DNA of 64,000 nucleotides from Antedon mediterranea (lineage: Eukaryota; Animalia; Echinodermata): NCBI RefSeq assembly GCF_964355755.1, contig NC_092679.1, positions 21,559,432 to 21,623,431 of the forward strand. Reading direction: 5' to 3'. This document shows positions 26,007 through 39,148 of this stretch, in pieces. Numbering within the stretch: the stretch's first letter is position 1; every line of letters starts with the position of its first letter. The translations under genes and the position numbers were made by a program. The notes under the pieces are model-generated. The model worked only from the letters and a program-made list of their open reading frames with translations. It did not search any database and was not told where the DNA came from.

Positions 26007-29000
26007 ATGATTTGGTGGTGGTATATTCAAGTGTTCACACTGGTGGTAACCAACCTTTTGTGGGATCCTGTATGTGGACAGCCATGCTCCTGGTTGGTTG
26101 ATGTCACCACCTTTGAAGAGCCATTTAGGCAAACAACTTTTATACGCGATGACAAACAATTGGTGTCTTTAAAAGACTTTTTAGAAAATCAGTTTGAAGC
26201 TAAAAACATGCAGCCTTCAATTCAGGTAACAACAATTTAATTTATATATGGACTGTGGGGGAAGGTGGTGTTCCTCACCAATCTGCGGGTTGAGGCCACT
26301 AAAGCTATGTAAGGTCAATCATTGTACTGTGTTCATTCATATTGGTTGACAATTTGGGTTTATAAATTAAATATTTATTTATTTATTTGTTCTTTCTATA
26401 AACTGAAATACACTTTGAATACAAATGTACTGATTTCCAGAGTGGTTCAGTAAACCCATAAAAAAAATAAAATATTAAAACAAAAAAAAGAAAAGAGATA
26501 AAACTATTTACAATTGTGAAAGAAAAAATGTTTTCTATAGTGAAGATTTAAAAGTTGTCAAAGACATCATTTATTCTCAACAATCTTGTAAAAAATACTA
26601 GGCTAGCTCAGATATATTATTATACCTTGATGGTTATAATATTATAATAAAAATATAATAAAATATTCATTTTATATTCACGAAAATGCATTTTTCCATA
26701 TATATGACTGATCGTATGCTCAAGTATAAATCTGTGCCCCCTAATTGAGGCTATATTTGGACATTCGGAAAAATCCATTGCTCATGCAGTCAGTGTATAA
26801 TATCACCCCCTAAGTTTCCCAAATATCCATTGCTCATGCAGTCAGTGTATAATAGTACCCCCTAAGTTTCCCAAATTTCAAACCCAAGCCCCCTGGGACA
26901 TTGGTAATACACTTACTGTAATTTTATGATTTTTTCAACAGGAGCTGTACAAAGCATATCCATATTATATACGTGTACAAGTTCTCTGCGGACAAAATAT
27001 TTCAGTGTCTGAGGCAAGGACATTGGTACAGCAAGGGCTTATTCCTAAAGTAACTATTAGTTACGATTCAAATCATATTGACGGACATCAGTCAAGCGTA
27101 TTAAATAACATAGAATATGGAGCGTTAATTGATCTTGACTGTTTCGAGTTCGGAGAATGTGGTTTTGATATATGTCGACCATCTTGGATTGTTCCACTTC
27201 CATTTTTATATCATACAACAAAGATGCAAGTTAAAGTCGATTTACCTGGCTATAATGCCATCACTCCAAAAAGGTAAATTCCATATACTATAAGGCACTG
27301 TTTGTGCACTGAAGTCTTTCAAATCATACAATTGGTAAAAATGTATTTGTCAATATACTTGGCTCAATAAATACCAGTTCCCACTGAACATTTCAAAAGA
27401 AAGCTAGGCATTCATAATCAAAGTTCAATTTATGACATTTATGAAACTAATTTCAATATGAACACACATAAAACACACCTTGACGTTTGTACGTTCTTAC
27501 AGTACCTTCTATGCATGACTGCAGAATCTCTGCATTTAAATTTTGCTAGAGTTTATTCACTGGTAAAGGTTTGCTTCTCTTTAATCAAGCTACATCGTTG
27601 GCTATTTTTGAGATGAAATATAAACTTTCTTTTAATAATTTATACTGAGCAGTTTGGCCAAATGTCTATTTTATGCCATGTTATGTATGTGTATGTATAT
27701 CAATGTATATGTACAGTATGTATGTGTGGTTTATTTAACCTTTTTGCTTCTGTTTTGAACATCACCTGGTATTCTAGTTGTCCTGGCAGCGATATTTCTT
27801 TTCGTACATAAGTTGGGGACCCCTCGTGAAACGTCACAAAATACACATGAATATTCATTAGTCATATCCATAAGGTGTGACGTAAGAATTAAGCTAACTA
27901 CAATTCGCTAATGCAAACGATTTCTGTCGAGCCGTCTGTGTAGTCGAGTGGATAAGACTATGGACTTTACATGTCGATGTATGGGGTTCGATTCCCATGA
28001 GCTACTTCTTTTAATTTATAGTGACAGAGAGATTATTAACAGGGTTAGGTTTAGTTATATTTAGGAAGTAGTTCGGCTATCTTTCACATGGGGTCCCCAA
28101 CTTATGTACGAAAAAAAAAATTGCGTCCTGGCAATGGTATTGCGCGTCCAGTGTTAATCCTGTCATGATCTATTTGTCTATTTATTTATCTATTCTTTTT
28201 ACGGCATCTTAATAATGTAACTAGTTTGTAGTGGACCTCCTGTCACAAGCCCATTGGGGTTTGCCTGGAGGTCCCTTTCATCTTTAAAAATTTGTTTACT
28301 CCTTGTTTGTTTTGTGTTTTTTATGAGATGAATCAAGAGAAATTGTTTATATCTTTCGTTTGTTCCTATACAAAATAATTTTTATTGAAATTGTCATGCC
28401 ATTAACGAGTTTCTTTTTTACAGTTTGGTCGTCTATATCAATGGGTATTCACCTAACAACGAGGGCAGTCTTATTCATTTCTGTCATGATAACGCGACAG
28501 AAGATTTGCTTCAACAAATTAAAACAAGACAAGCTCATTATTCTATACAAACTGTGACTTTATCTACAGCCAGTTTGCTGATTGGTGGCTTTGAAAGTAC
28601 AAACCAGATAATTTTGACTGAAGATGCCTTTCAAACTTTGTCAACCATCGAGGTATAATAATATATCTGAGCTAGCCTAGTATTTATCAAGGTTGTTGAG
28701 TGCTTAAAGCTCTGCCTAAACTATCAAACTAGCTTAACAAAAACAGTGTGATATGGTAGTGATCAGTAGTGATATAACATCCCATATATGAGCACATTAC
28801 ATTTTTTTGTCACATGAAGTTTGATAGTGTAGACAGAAATTTTTGGCTTGTACCTTTAAAAAAAAAAATTGGTTTTGGTATTACTAAAAGATCATGTAGA
28901 GCCTAATTTTCACTGGATTTTTCATTTTTGATTGGTCTTAAAGGTCATTATCATCATCTTTCAAAATATATAGATTTAAATTCCTAACACTGAAAACAAT

Positions 29001-32000
29001 TGATACAAAAATTGTTTTTTAGATCCAGTTGGAATTAGAAGATTTTGTCTGCCCAGGCAACTCATCACATATCAAGGGCGCTGCGACAATACCTGATCGA
29101 CTCATATTTAACACCGCTGCCGGTATCGTTGAGATCTTTGGGAGTTACGAAGCTATGAAGGCAACAGAGTTGCCGACCAGTGAACTTAACCAGCCTGCTC
29201 GTTGTTATAGTAGGATGGTGGTCGTTGAGTATGCATTCAACAGCGTGAAGCACGTATTGGCTATTAGTGAAGAGAATCACGTGTATGATTCACCAATAAC
29301 ATTTGGTAAGTTCATATTCATGCATTATGGTTAATTAATGCTAGAAATATACTAATTAATAACATACACTAGATTGCTATTAAATGTTTTAATACAGTAA
29401 AACCTCCATTAAGAGGTCACCTTCATGACCAAACAAAGTGTCTGTTTATTAGTGGTATCCCCTGAATAGGGGTTGGCTGTGGTGCTACAACAATGTTGCC
29501 ACTTATTCATTACTACTACTTGTTCCTAGAATTAACACCAAATCTTATGGACAAAGGTCTTTTATGTTCTCTGCTGCTTCTCTCCCTCGTCATTTTACTA
29601 AATCAACTTCCATTGCTATTTTTTTTAAAGAACTTAAAACGCATCTTTTTAACATCCAATATAAGCACCTTTGATTTTTACTTCGGTTTAGTTGATTCTG
29701 GCGCTATACAAATAACTAAATCATAATTATTATTATTATTATTATTATTTCACGTAAGGGTGTCCCCTTAGTATTTTGTCCCTTTACTGTTTTTGTATGT
29801 TAATGGAAAAGACATAAAATACTAACTATATGATGATAGCGAAATTGATAAAATGAAAACAAATATTATACTTATTTCTATATTAGGCGAAGCATTACAT
29901 TTTGCAAGAGTTAATGACAGTCATGGACAGGACCCATGCCAACATTATGGAGGTAAATATTAAATATGATTGTGTACAGTATGTACTGTATGATTATGAT
30001 TATTTATAAATTTCTACATTTTTTTTAATGACATGATCATGATAAAGGATGCCCCTAATTAGTGATTCCATAAACGAAGCAAAGTATTAAATAGCAAATG
30101 TAATAATTTGTGTATTTTATGCATATTCCTAAGTACACTGTCACATATTACATTTTCTTTTACCCCAGCCTTATAAACTTTAAAATACTGTAATTCTTAT
30201 GATGATAGAATAGGAATAAAAACATTGATAATGCACCATATATGTAATTAATTAGTAAGGACTGTAATTAATACAAATGAAACATGTGACACACATGTGA
30301 TGCTATATCATTAAACTTTCTTTAAAACACTATATTTTAAAGGTTCAGACTGTTTGGTGATTTCAGTAGGCCTCTCAGGAATTGAAGATAATTTATACTT
30401 GTTTCTTATTCAATCATCTTCAAATTATTCTCTTATTCAAATGAAAGGTAAGTTATTTTTAGTTTTATGAGGATGATATACAAATACCTGTACCTAGTTT
30501 AATCCCATATGTTCCCTTGTCCCCCTGAAAAAAAATAAATAAGATTTCAATTTTTTTTAATATGCCATTTTAATGTCACATAATAGTTATTGACCAAATA
30601 CAAATACAAAAGTGAATAACATTAGTAAAACTGCAAAACATTATTAAAACTGCAAATATTCAAAGTCGGATTGTTTTTTAAAATGTTCATGCTTTTGTGG
30701 ACAATACATATTTTTAAGGCTAAATATGAAAAACAAGTCAACTCAAAATTGAAACTGGACTCTCTAAAAAAACACAATATTTTAAAAAATGTCTAAAATA
30801 ATTATTTGATTAGAATCAGTAAGACTATGCAACATAGATGCATGTTATGTAACATTATTTGTTGTTTAGTATAATTGTTATATGTCTAAAAGATATTTTC
30901 TATGTAATTTTTAGATTCAATAATGACGACAATCCCAATCTCGGAGAAAATTGCCGAATCACATGACTCAACCAATCTATATTTATGCGAATTAAGTTTA
31001 ACTACATATCAGTCTACACATATGTTTATATGGGGTAGTGTCATTTTGCATAGGTAAGTTATAAAGCTCTATCTACCCTATCAAACTAGTTTCACAAAAA
31101 AGTGTGAGTGCCCAAATATGGTAGTTATATGTTTAAATATGGTAGTGATATGACATCATCATGTCCATATATGGGCACATCACATTTTTTGTCACATAAA
31201 GTTTGATAGTGTAGACAAGGCTTAAATTTTTACTTGCATAAAATGTGCATACTGATATAGGCATTTGCATGCATCCTTGTTGTAAAAACACTTATATGCA
31301 AATATACATAATTAATATTCACATAAAATAATAATTTGCATATGTATGCATACTATGTATATTTTGTATATAAATCTGCATAATTTATTTTGTGTATAAA
31401 TCTGTATAATATATATATTTTGTACTTTGTAGTAATGATTTAGGTAGAACAATTAGACAGTTGAACCAGTATACATCCATTTCCAATATCACCTTATTTG
31501 TCAGTTCACCAAACACGCCCCATTTTGCAATCTTGAACCAACTAAATGAGGTAGCCAATAGCATAGGAAGTTTAAATTTAATTTTGTTACGGTTGAATGA
31601 CTCTCTCAAAACTGGATTTCTTGAAAACTGGTAACTTTTTTAAATAAAAAATATCTCGAACTTTTACTTTCGCGAAAATACAGTAGTTGTAGGGTGTCCA
31701 GCTTTGGGAGAGTTATTTTTAGTTTGATTTAAAATCCAAAAATGATAGTATTTTTTTTTTAATTATTTATTCTGTTAATTTTTTATAGCACACAATGTTG
31801 TTTCTGTAAAATAAAGATACTGTATAACTAACAAAGATATTCTAACAAGATTGTTTTAGTTGTTACCTTTTTACTTTTCCGAAAATACAGTAGTCGGCTT
31901 TGGGAAAGTTAATTTTAGTTTGCTTTAAAATCCAAAGTTATTTTGTTGTTTTTGTTTATTTTTTTTAGTGTTTTATACCACACAATGTTGTTGCTGTTTG

Positions 32001-35000
32001 GATAAAGATATAACTAACAAATATATTCTAACAAGATTGTTTGAATTATTAGTATATAATTAATATTTCAAATTTGTTTATTATTCATAATTAAACATTT
32101 ATATTTAATACGATTTAAGTTGTTCAGTAAATAAAAAACCTCATAATTTAATAGCATGGTGAATGTTGAATGATCGTTTAATCAACATTTTTAATCAAAC
32201 TTCAATGTATAACTGAGAATATAAAAAATTATTTATTTACGTTGTCTTGTATTTTTACCTTAGGTTTGGTATGGCCTTATTGGTGACAACGTCTCGCTTA
32301 TGAAGTTAAAACCCAGTTCTGGTTGGTCATTGGTTCACTCGTTAGCAAATAATTATCACAGCAAAGAATTATGGGATGTGTCATCCACGGTGTCAATATT
32401 TTACGATTCAGAGACTGTTTTACATGAAGTTAGTAGATTTTGTTTGTATAGAAATTTAAAAATGTATAATTTAGTAGTTTAAAATTTATTATAATGTATA
32501 GAGCTTAGCAACAACGTTGATAATGACCCCACTTATTTTTTGACGACAGTGAATTAAAATCGTGAAAAATACTCCTTTTTTTTAAAGTGGTCAAGTATAG
32601 GACTTTCTCGTAATGTTATAATATAGGAATTTTACTGATTTTCAATGATAATCAGTAAACCAGATATCTATTTGAAAATAAAATATTATTTTCATATGTC
32701 GAATGGATTGTTCTTTCTTTTTTGATGATTTTTTTTTTAGTGTGTCGTGCTAAATAGATCATTATATTCATTACAGTTAGTTTTATTTGAAAACAATGGA
32801 GTGCTGTATTTAGAGTCACATGTTATACCAATTGGCCGGATACTCCAACATCACGAATTCCTAGAAAACCTGCAACTTTTTCCTGTTGACAGGTAACTAT
32901 CCCAGTTTTCCCAATTCAATCTGCTACACTACTAAGTAATAACATGTTTAACTCTCTGGCAAACATGTATTTATCTATCTGTTGCATTTTTCTATAAATT
33001 ACAGGTCTAAACCAACACCGATAGTTTATCAGAGTCGGTGCCCATTCACAGAGCTTTCGTTCGTGTATCACAACAGAGCTAAGTACGAGAGGCTGGAATG
33101 GTTCCAATTCAATGCACCGCATCTGGCGTGGCAAAGTCAAATTCACACGGCAGATTCGGTAAAGGTTTATCAAGGCATCGTGCAGCAGATGACCTTGCAG
33201 AATGAACAAAACTTACTACAGGTTTGTACGTATAATAAATGAAATTAGGTGATGTGCCCAAATATGGTAGTGATATGACATCATCACATTTTTTTGTCAC
33301 ATAAAGTTTGATAGTGTAGACAGAGCTTAATAATGTGCAACTACCTATTCAACAATAGTTACACATAAAATTTCCCACAATAAGTATGCAATGAGATTTC
33401 GATCGAACATAATAAGTGTTGTCTATCTCAATCATATTTCAGCCTTACTCGCATACTGACCCATTTGCCAAATGGTTGTCAAGACGACAAGACAACACGC
33501 TTTATAATGACTACATGTTTCGTAATAAACTCCTTACCTATGGAGTTCATGTGTCCCCAACGGAGTATAAAAAGCTGTACGATCAAGACGATATAATGAG
33601 CGACCAGCTACCCAGGAGAATATTTCTTGATTTATTTGATTCTTATACATTCTCTTTGGTACTGGCTATTGACAAGTCTGGTAAATTTATATTTCATTTA
33701 TATTTACTTTATTTTCTTAATTAGTAATTGAAAAATATTGATTGATTAATAACATGATCAAAGTTTACTTGTTCATTCAGAGTCATATAGCATCTTTTAT
33801 CCAGCTGCTATTCAGGCACTGAATGCTTGTCAGTATACCGTATGAGAGTGATATGACACTTCTTAATTGTTTTTGTTAGTTTTTCATTTATCTGTTTTTG
33901 TATATCTCAGAGCAAACATAATTTCTATGTATATTTTATATGCAAATGACAATAAATGGACGTAATTTTCCACTGATGAATGAATTAATGTTAGCAAAAT
34001 GTACATTATTTTTTTATGCAATTTTAAAATGTATTTTTCTTTTTATGGACAATAAAATAATATAGCGGATGGAAAATTGATTAATCCAATACTATAAATT
34101 ATGTTTTCTTACTAGACGTGATATGGTAAAATATTACTGATATTATTACTATTTTGTCAAAATATATAAATATATATTTGCAGAGTTGACAGTGTTTCGT
34201 AATTTAGAGAATCTACGCGTCTCAGTCTCCTTGTCAAATTACTCGCTTGTACATGTTCACACAGACAGACAGACATCTTATGTTAATAACACAGTGACAT
34301 ATGAGGTAAGGATCCAGTGGTCTTTAACATCCATTGTATGTACATAACAGCTTTACATCCCAACTGAAGTATGAGGTAATGAGAATTAAGCCCCTTCCTT
34401 AAAGCTGATTTTCCACTAGGCGAATTTGTTCAGCCAAATCATGCATACATATTCATGTTTCAATCTTCCAAATCCCTCTCTACGATAAATTGTAGTTACT
34501 CAAGTTTTTCACATCAGCATTCATGAGCATTCATGCATACACGATGAACATGAAAATCGCAGCTATTTGCTCTTTGTAGTGGAAAGGGTAGCACAATTTT
34601 TTTTCTCTGTGAAACAATGGATTCGTGCAAACAAATTTGTCTATTATAAATTCGGCTTTACGAATACAATCAATATGGCACAGAAAAATTCTTGAACCGA
34701 TGTCTCTGAAATGATAGTCTGTTCCCTTACCATTACGCAGTATATAGTTATAGAGTACTATGTATTTCTAGATAACACTGATGGACCAGGGTCAGATACA
34801 GCATCAGGAAGCACCAGGACAACATCACCATCCTGTGACTATGCTGCTCCAAGTCTGGAATAGCAACTTCAAATGTGTGAATCCATACACTGTTGATAAT
34901 GATGCCCCACAGGTATCGTATCTAAAGCTCTGTCTACACTATCAAACTTTATTTATGTGACAACAAAATTTGATGTATCAATATATGGACATGATGATGT

Positions 35001-38000
35001 TTATTTATTTATTCATTTATTTATTCATTTCCCAACCAACAGTGACCAATGTCATATCACTACCATTATTTAGGCACCCATGAAACTTTTTTTGTCAAAC
35101 TGATTTTATAGTGTAGATAATGAATCACCTCCCAAACCAGATAGTGGTAGAATAATAACTTAGTAACAACAGCCAGCTGTACCATTTATTTTAGGGTGTG
35201 TCCAGATTTTAAAAACTGCATAACAATGCACAAAATAGACACTGAAACACTCACTTCCCCTTTCCTTGAATTAATGTCCCCCATTTAAAATAAGTATGTT
35301 TGTGTATCTTTAATCCACACCTTAGCTTTATTTAAATAATAATCCTTGAATTCTGGTTTTATTTTTAAACAGGGCACATACAGCATGTCGGTAAAATTAG
35401 GCTGCCCTCCAGCATTAAAACTGGTGTTTGACATGGCGTCTACTTTAGAACAATTGGTGACAATGCATCAGAAGCCATATGACTGCGCTCATCCTCAACC
35501 AGATATGCACTGCTTTTATTATGATCACCGTAAGATGTCACTCTATCAAAATTACTTCTTTACACTAAATTATCTCGTCTAAAGCTCTGTCCACACTATT
35601 AAACTTTATGTTATGTTCCAAATATAATTTTAATGTTATAGCCAACATCCATCTATAAAGCTCTGTCTTAAGATACGCTATCAAACTGTATGTGACAACA
35701 AATGTGATGTGCCCATATATGGACATGATGATGTCATATCCCTACCATATTTAAGCATATCACTACCATATTTGGGCACATCATACTTTTTTTTTCAAAC
35801 TAGTTTGATAGTGTAGACAGAGCTTTAAACCTCTGGCAGAATTATGTTTTTTTACAATAAGTTATACTAACCCTAGATATTGAGAGAAAATAAATGATTA
35901 TATATTAGTTATTATATTATCATTTCATGTTTTTATTGTAGCCTTTCATCCTGTATTCAAATTAGTTGATCTAGCAACAGGGAATTCAACCAATTTTACA
36001 AGTGACTATACGCTGACTGTGATTGGTGGATCAGAAACCAGCATTGATGACATCAAGATGTTTAGCACGCAGGACATTCTGCGTCACAACTCTCAAGAAA
36101 AGTAAGTGTTAAAGCAGAATTCCACTTTAAACCAGAAGTGCCCTTAAAGTCTGAATTCTCCTTTAAACAGGAATTCTCTTTTTAGCATAATTCCCATTTA
36201 AGTCAGAATTCCAATTTAGGTCAAAATACCGCTTTAACCAGAATTCCGCTTTAAGTCAAAATTCCCCTTTAACCAGAATTCCCATTTAAGTCAAAATTCC
36301 CCTTTAAACCAGAATTTTCCTTTTAGCATAATTCCCCTTTAAGCCAGAATTCCACTTTAAGACATATTTACAAAATATACATTTAAAAGATATTACAAAC
36401 ATACAATTTTTTAGTGCTGGATCTCTAATATGGATACCATTAGATGAAGAAAGTCGTGGTGACGGCTCTATTCCCATATTTTCCCATCTGCACAACGGAA
36501 TCGTGTGGCGTTGTCAAGATGAATCTCCTTGCTCCAATGTACCTGTGCAATTCCCATTCTCACCGGAATATTATTTTCTAATTGAAGTTTCAAACTGGTA
36601 CGTTTTTACTCATTAAAATGGCATCATTCTTCTTATTATTATCATTATTATTAGTGAGTTTACGAAATGAATGTCTGGTATGTGTGTATTGTAAATAGTA
36701 TCCTGCCAAAAAAAAATGTGTAAATATAATTAATTTTTCTACAAAATATTTTTCTTTCTGCTTTCTAGGGATGTTGGCAAGGAAACAACAAATTGTGGCT
36801 ACAAAATTCAGTTTATCATAAAAGTACATGGTCTGCAGATAAGCTTTTATAGATCTCTACGAATTATGGGGGTAAGATGATAATGGTGTTTATAAGGTTT
36901 AATTTTGTGATGATGATGCATTTACAGTGTGGTTGCCCGCAATTTTAACAGTTAAAATATATATATATATATATCCAAATTCCTTCACTTGCACTGATGA
37001 AGGGCTAGTGTTGCCCGAAAGCTCTGCTAACTTTTCTGGCTGTTTACTTTATCGTTTTGATTTAGCTTTTCGCTTTTTATTTTTGTATCTCCATTGAGAT
37101 CCAGCCACTGATACCCACAGCATTGTCATTTTTTTCAGTAATTTGCCTTTGGATTTATATATATATATATATATATATAATACTCCACCCTGGCTCCCTT
37201 TGTCATATTTCTTTTATTCCTGTCCACCCAGGCAGCACTTGCCAGCTTTATACTATGACGTTATCCAAATTCCTTCACTTGCACTGATGAAGGGCTAGTG
37301 TTGCCCGAAAGCTCTGATAACTTTTCTGGCTGTTTACTTTATTTTTTTGATTTAGCTTTTCGCTTTTTATTTTTGTATCTCCATTGAGATTCAGCCACTG
37401 ATACCCACAGCATTGTCATTTTTTTCAGTGATTTGCCTTTGGATTTATATATATATATATATACAGTAATAGATTTCAAGCAATCAATTTTTTTTTTTTG
37501 ACTTATTATTTATTTATTTTGGGTCAAAGACTGGTCTCCCAGAGGGCCCAGTTATGATCAGTGGCTGCGTGTGTACTAGTAAACTGGGGTAACTCCCTAC
37601 TCATTTCAAAAGATGTACTAGGTTCTTTAAAGTGCACATGAGCTAGATGTGTATACCCGAACTACAGTTTATATATATAAGACTTGTTCTACCACCATGG
37701 AGTGAGTAAGCCTTGAACTCTTGCCGATGGTATGACAACGTAATTACGGTTCCACTGTCTTGGCCACCCACTCGGTCACTTGTTCCATTTTAAAGTACCA
37801 TTCTAACGATCATTGCTCATGGCGCTTTTAAAAAGACTATCGACTAGACTAGAGTCTCGGCATCAGTTAACATTTTTTTTTTTTGTCAGTTTACATTTTT
37901 AGTGCTGATCTTGACTTGTGGACTGTACCTGTGGTGCAAAGAGGATGATTGGAAGAATTGGAAATGTATTAGCAATGTTATTTTTAGCAAGAATGTTGTA

Positions 38001-39148
38001 ATACCTGTAGTTGAAGAAAGCTCTTCTAGTATTCTACATGTGGATGACTCATCACAAGGTTTGCATTGACTGATTATTGATTAGTATTGATTGATTGTTA
38101 TCAAATAATATTGATTTATTGATATTAATTAGTATTGATTGATCAAAATTTGTAATAATTGATTTGTATTAACTAATATTGATTAGTATTGATTGATTTG
38201 TATTAACTAATATTGATTATTATTGATTGATTAATATTGATTATTATTGATTACTATTGATTGTTATTTACTTGTATTGATTGATATCAGTACTTATTGA
38301 TAACTATTATATGTTCTGTTATAATGTCTACACAGAATCAGATGCAGAAAGTTCAAGTTCTGAACATTTAATGGAAGTAGTAGAAGGAAATCCAGAAATT
38401 CTAAAAATGATAACACCATCAGGTAAAAGAACTTCCAAATAACTTGCTTTAATTCACAGTTTTTATATAAAATATACTCTTTAGTTGTTTTTATTGGCGA
38501 AGTGGTAAAGCACTGCGACCATAAAATCGGCACAGGTTCAAAGCGTTCCTCTACCATAGTTCTAGTGGTAGTAGAAGTCTTGTCTTATAGATGTTCATTA
38601 TACACATCCAGCTCCAGTGTGTCTGTTGAAAGAGTCCATTCATCTGGGTCATCTCAGTCCATGAGCGCCATTTGGTGGCAGCTGAAAGACACAACAGGAC
38701 CCTTGGGGGATGAAAGTCGATCCATTTAGTCCACTGAGCTTGAGTGATATAACCAGCTTTCATTGGTTGGCGACCATAAAATAATTGTTTTGAAGAATGC
38801 ATTTGGTTGTGGACACTGGATAGTAATTGCATAATTATATTTTTGTTTTCAGGGGCAGATTCAAGGGGAGGGGCACCTAAATTAAATCAAATTATTCTCA
38901 GCCCTTCATTTCACCATTTTAGTCCCTGAATCTTCCCCCCCCCCCCCCTAACTATTTAAAAATCCTGGATAACCCACTGCTTTTCATGGTTCAGCACCCA
39001 TCAAATATTACAAAATCAATAATCAATATCGTTGTCTCATAATTCGTTTACAGGAGTTATACATTTTTCAACCATTGAAGAAGAAGACACAACAACAAGC
39101 GAAACAACGCAAAATCACCAACAAGTGCTGAGCATTCTCCACGAATGA
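26007..39148 (+). CDS. CATSPERG: Cation channel sperm-associated auxiliary subunit gamma-like; about 21 coding exons
   Basis: Signal peptide MIWWWYIQVFTLVVTNLLWDPVCG. Approximate exons: 26007-26225, 26942-27273, 28424-28652, 29023-29305, 29888-29951, 30343-30447, 30915-31052, 31433-31550, 32264-32428, 32778-32892, 33006-33221, 33442-33680, 34185-34305, 34771-34911, 35373-35529, 35942-36101, 36414-36597, 36769-36871, 37890-38057, 38336-38422, 39054-39148. The C-terminal ectodomain LGCPPALKLVFD...CFYYDH..FHPVFKLVDLATG...YTLTVIGG...FSHLHNGIVWRCQDESPC...FSPEYYFLIEVSN...TTNCGYKIQFIIKVHGL followed by one TM segment parallels recalled CATSPERG motifs. Confidence 0.85.
27789..28124. mobile_element. 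TIR element with 9-bp TSD and an internal tRNA-like segment
   Basis: TIR tttcgtacataagttggggacccc at both ends; TSD GTCCTGGCA at 27780-27788 and 28125-28133. Confidence 0.8.
31061..31224. mobile_element. MITE family A, full copy (others at about 28704-28842, 33243-33330, 34923-35120, 35657-35827, 39190-39352)
   Basis: Same TIRs, TAA/TTA flanks and core. Confidence 0.75.
34402..34658. mobile_element. Harbinger-like MITE inserted in a SINE
   Basis: Imperfect TIR agctgattttccactaggcgaatttg / caaatttgtctattataaattcggct with TAA/TTA flanks. Confidence 0.5.
36110..36362. repeat. Degenerate ~20-bp minisatellite (agaattccccttta) filling a CATSPERG intron
   Basis: Repeated cagaattcc.cttta units. 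Confidence 0.85.
36989..37030 (+). ncRNA. Minimal type I hammerhead ribozyme, copy 1
   Basis: Core CUGAUGA, 4-bp GC stem II, GAAA, palindromic AGCU stem III, UC cleavage site; stem I GCA/UGC. Confidence 0.7.
37279..37320 (+). ncRNA. Minimal type I hammerhead ribozyme, copy 2
   Basis: Same core as copy 1; one substitution (TGC to TGA) weakens stem I. Confidence 0.62.
37520..37780 (-). mobile_element. tRNA-derived SINE with a Meta-domain-like core
   Basis: Minus strand reads tgaccgagtgg...gagttcaagg (A/B-box-like), then gtgcactttaaagaacctag...gagtaggg..acccc. A related head lies at about 38494-38612 (+). Confidence 0.5.
38065..38302. repeat. (ATTG/TATTG)n low-complexity tract
   Basis: Repeated ttgattattattga variants. 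Confidence 0.85.

Larger units (their letters stand above)
36973..37445 (+). mobile_element. Penelope-like pseudo-LTR / retrozyme-like tandem repeat carrying two minimal hammerhead ribozymes
   Basis: Two near-identical ~183-bp direct repeats (36973-37155, 37263-37445) embedded in (TA)n. Each contains CTGATGA-A-GGGC-tagtgtt-GCCC-GAAA-GC-TC. Confidence 0.75.
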
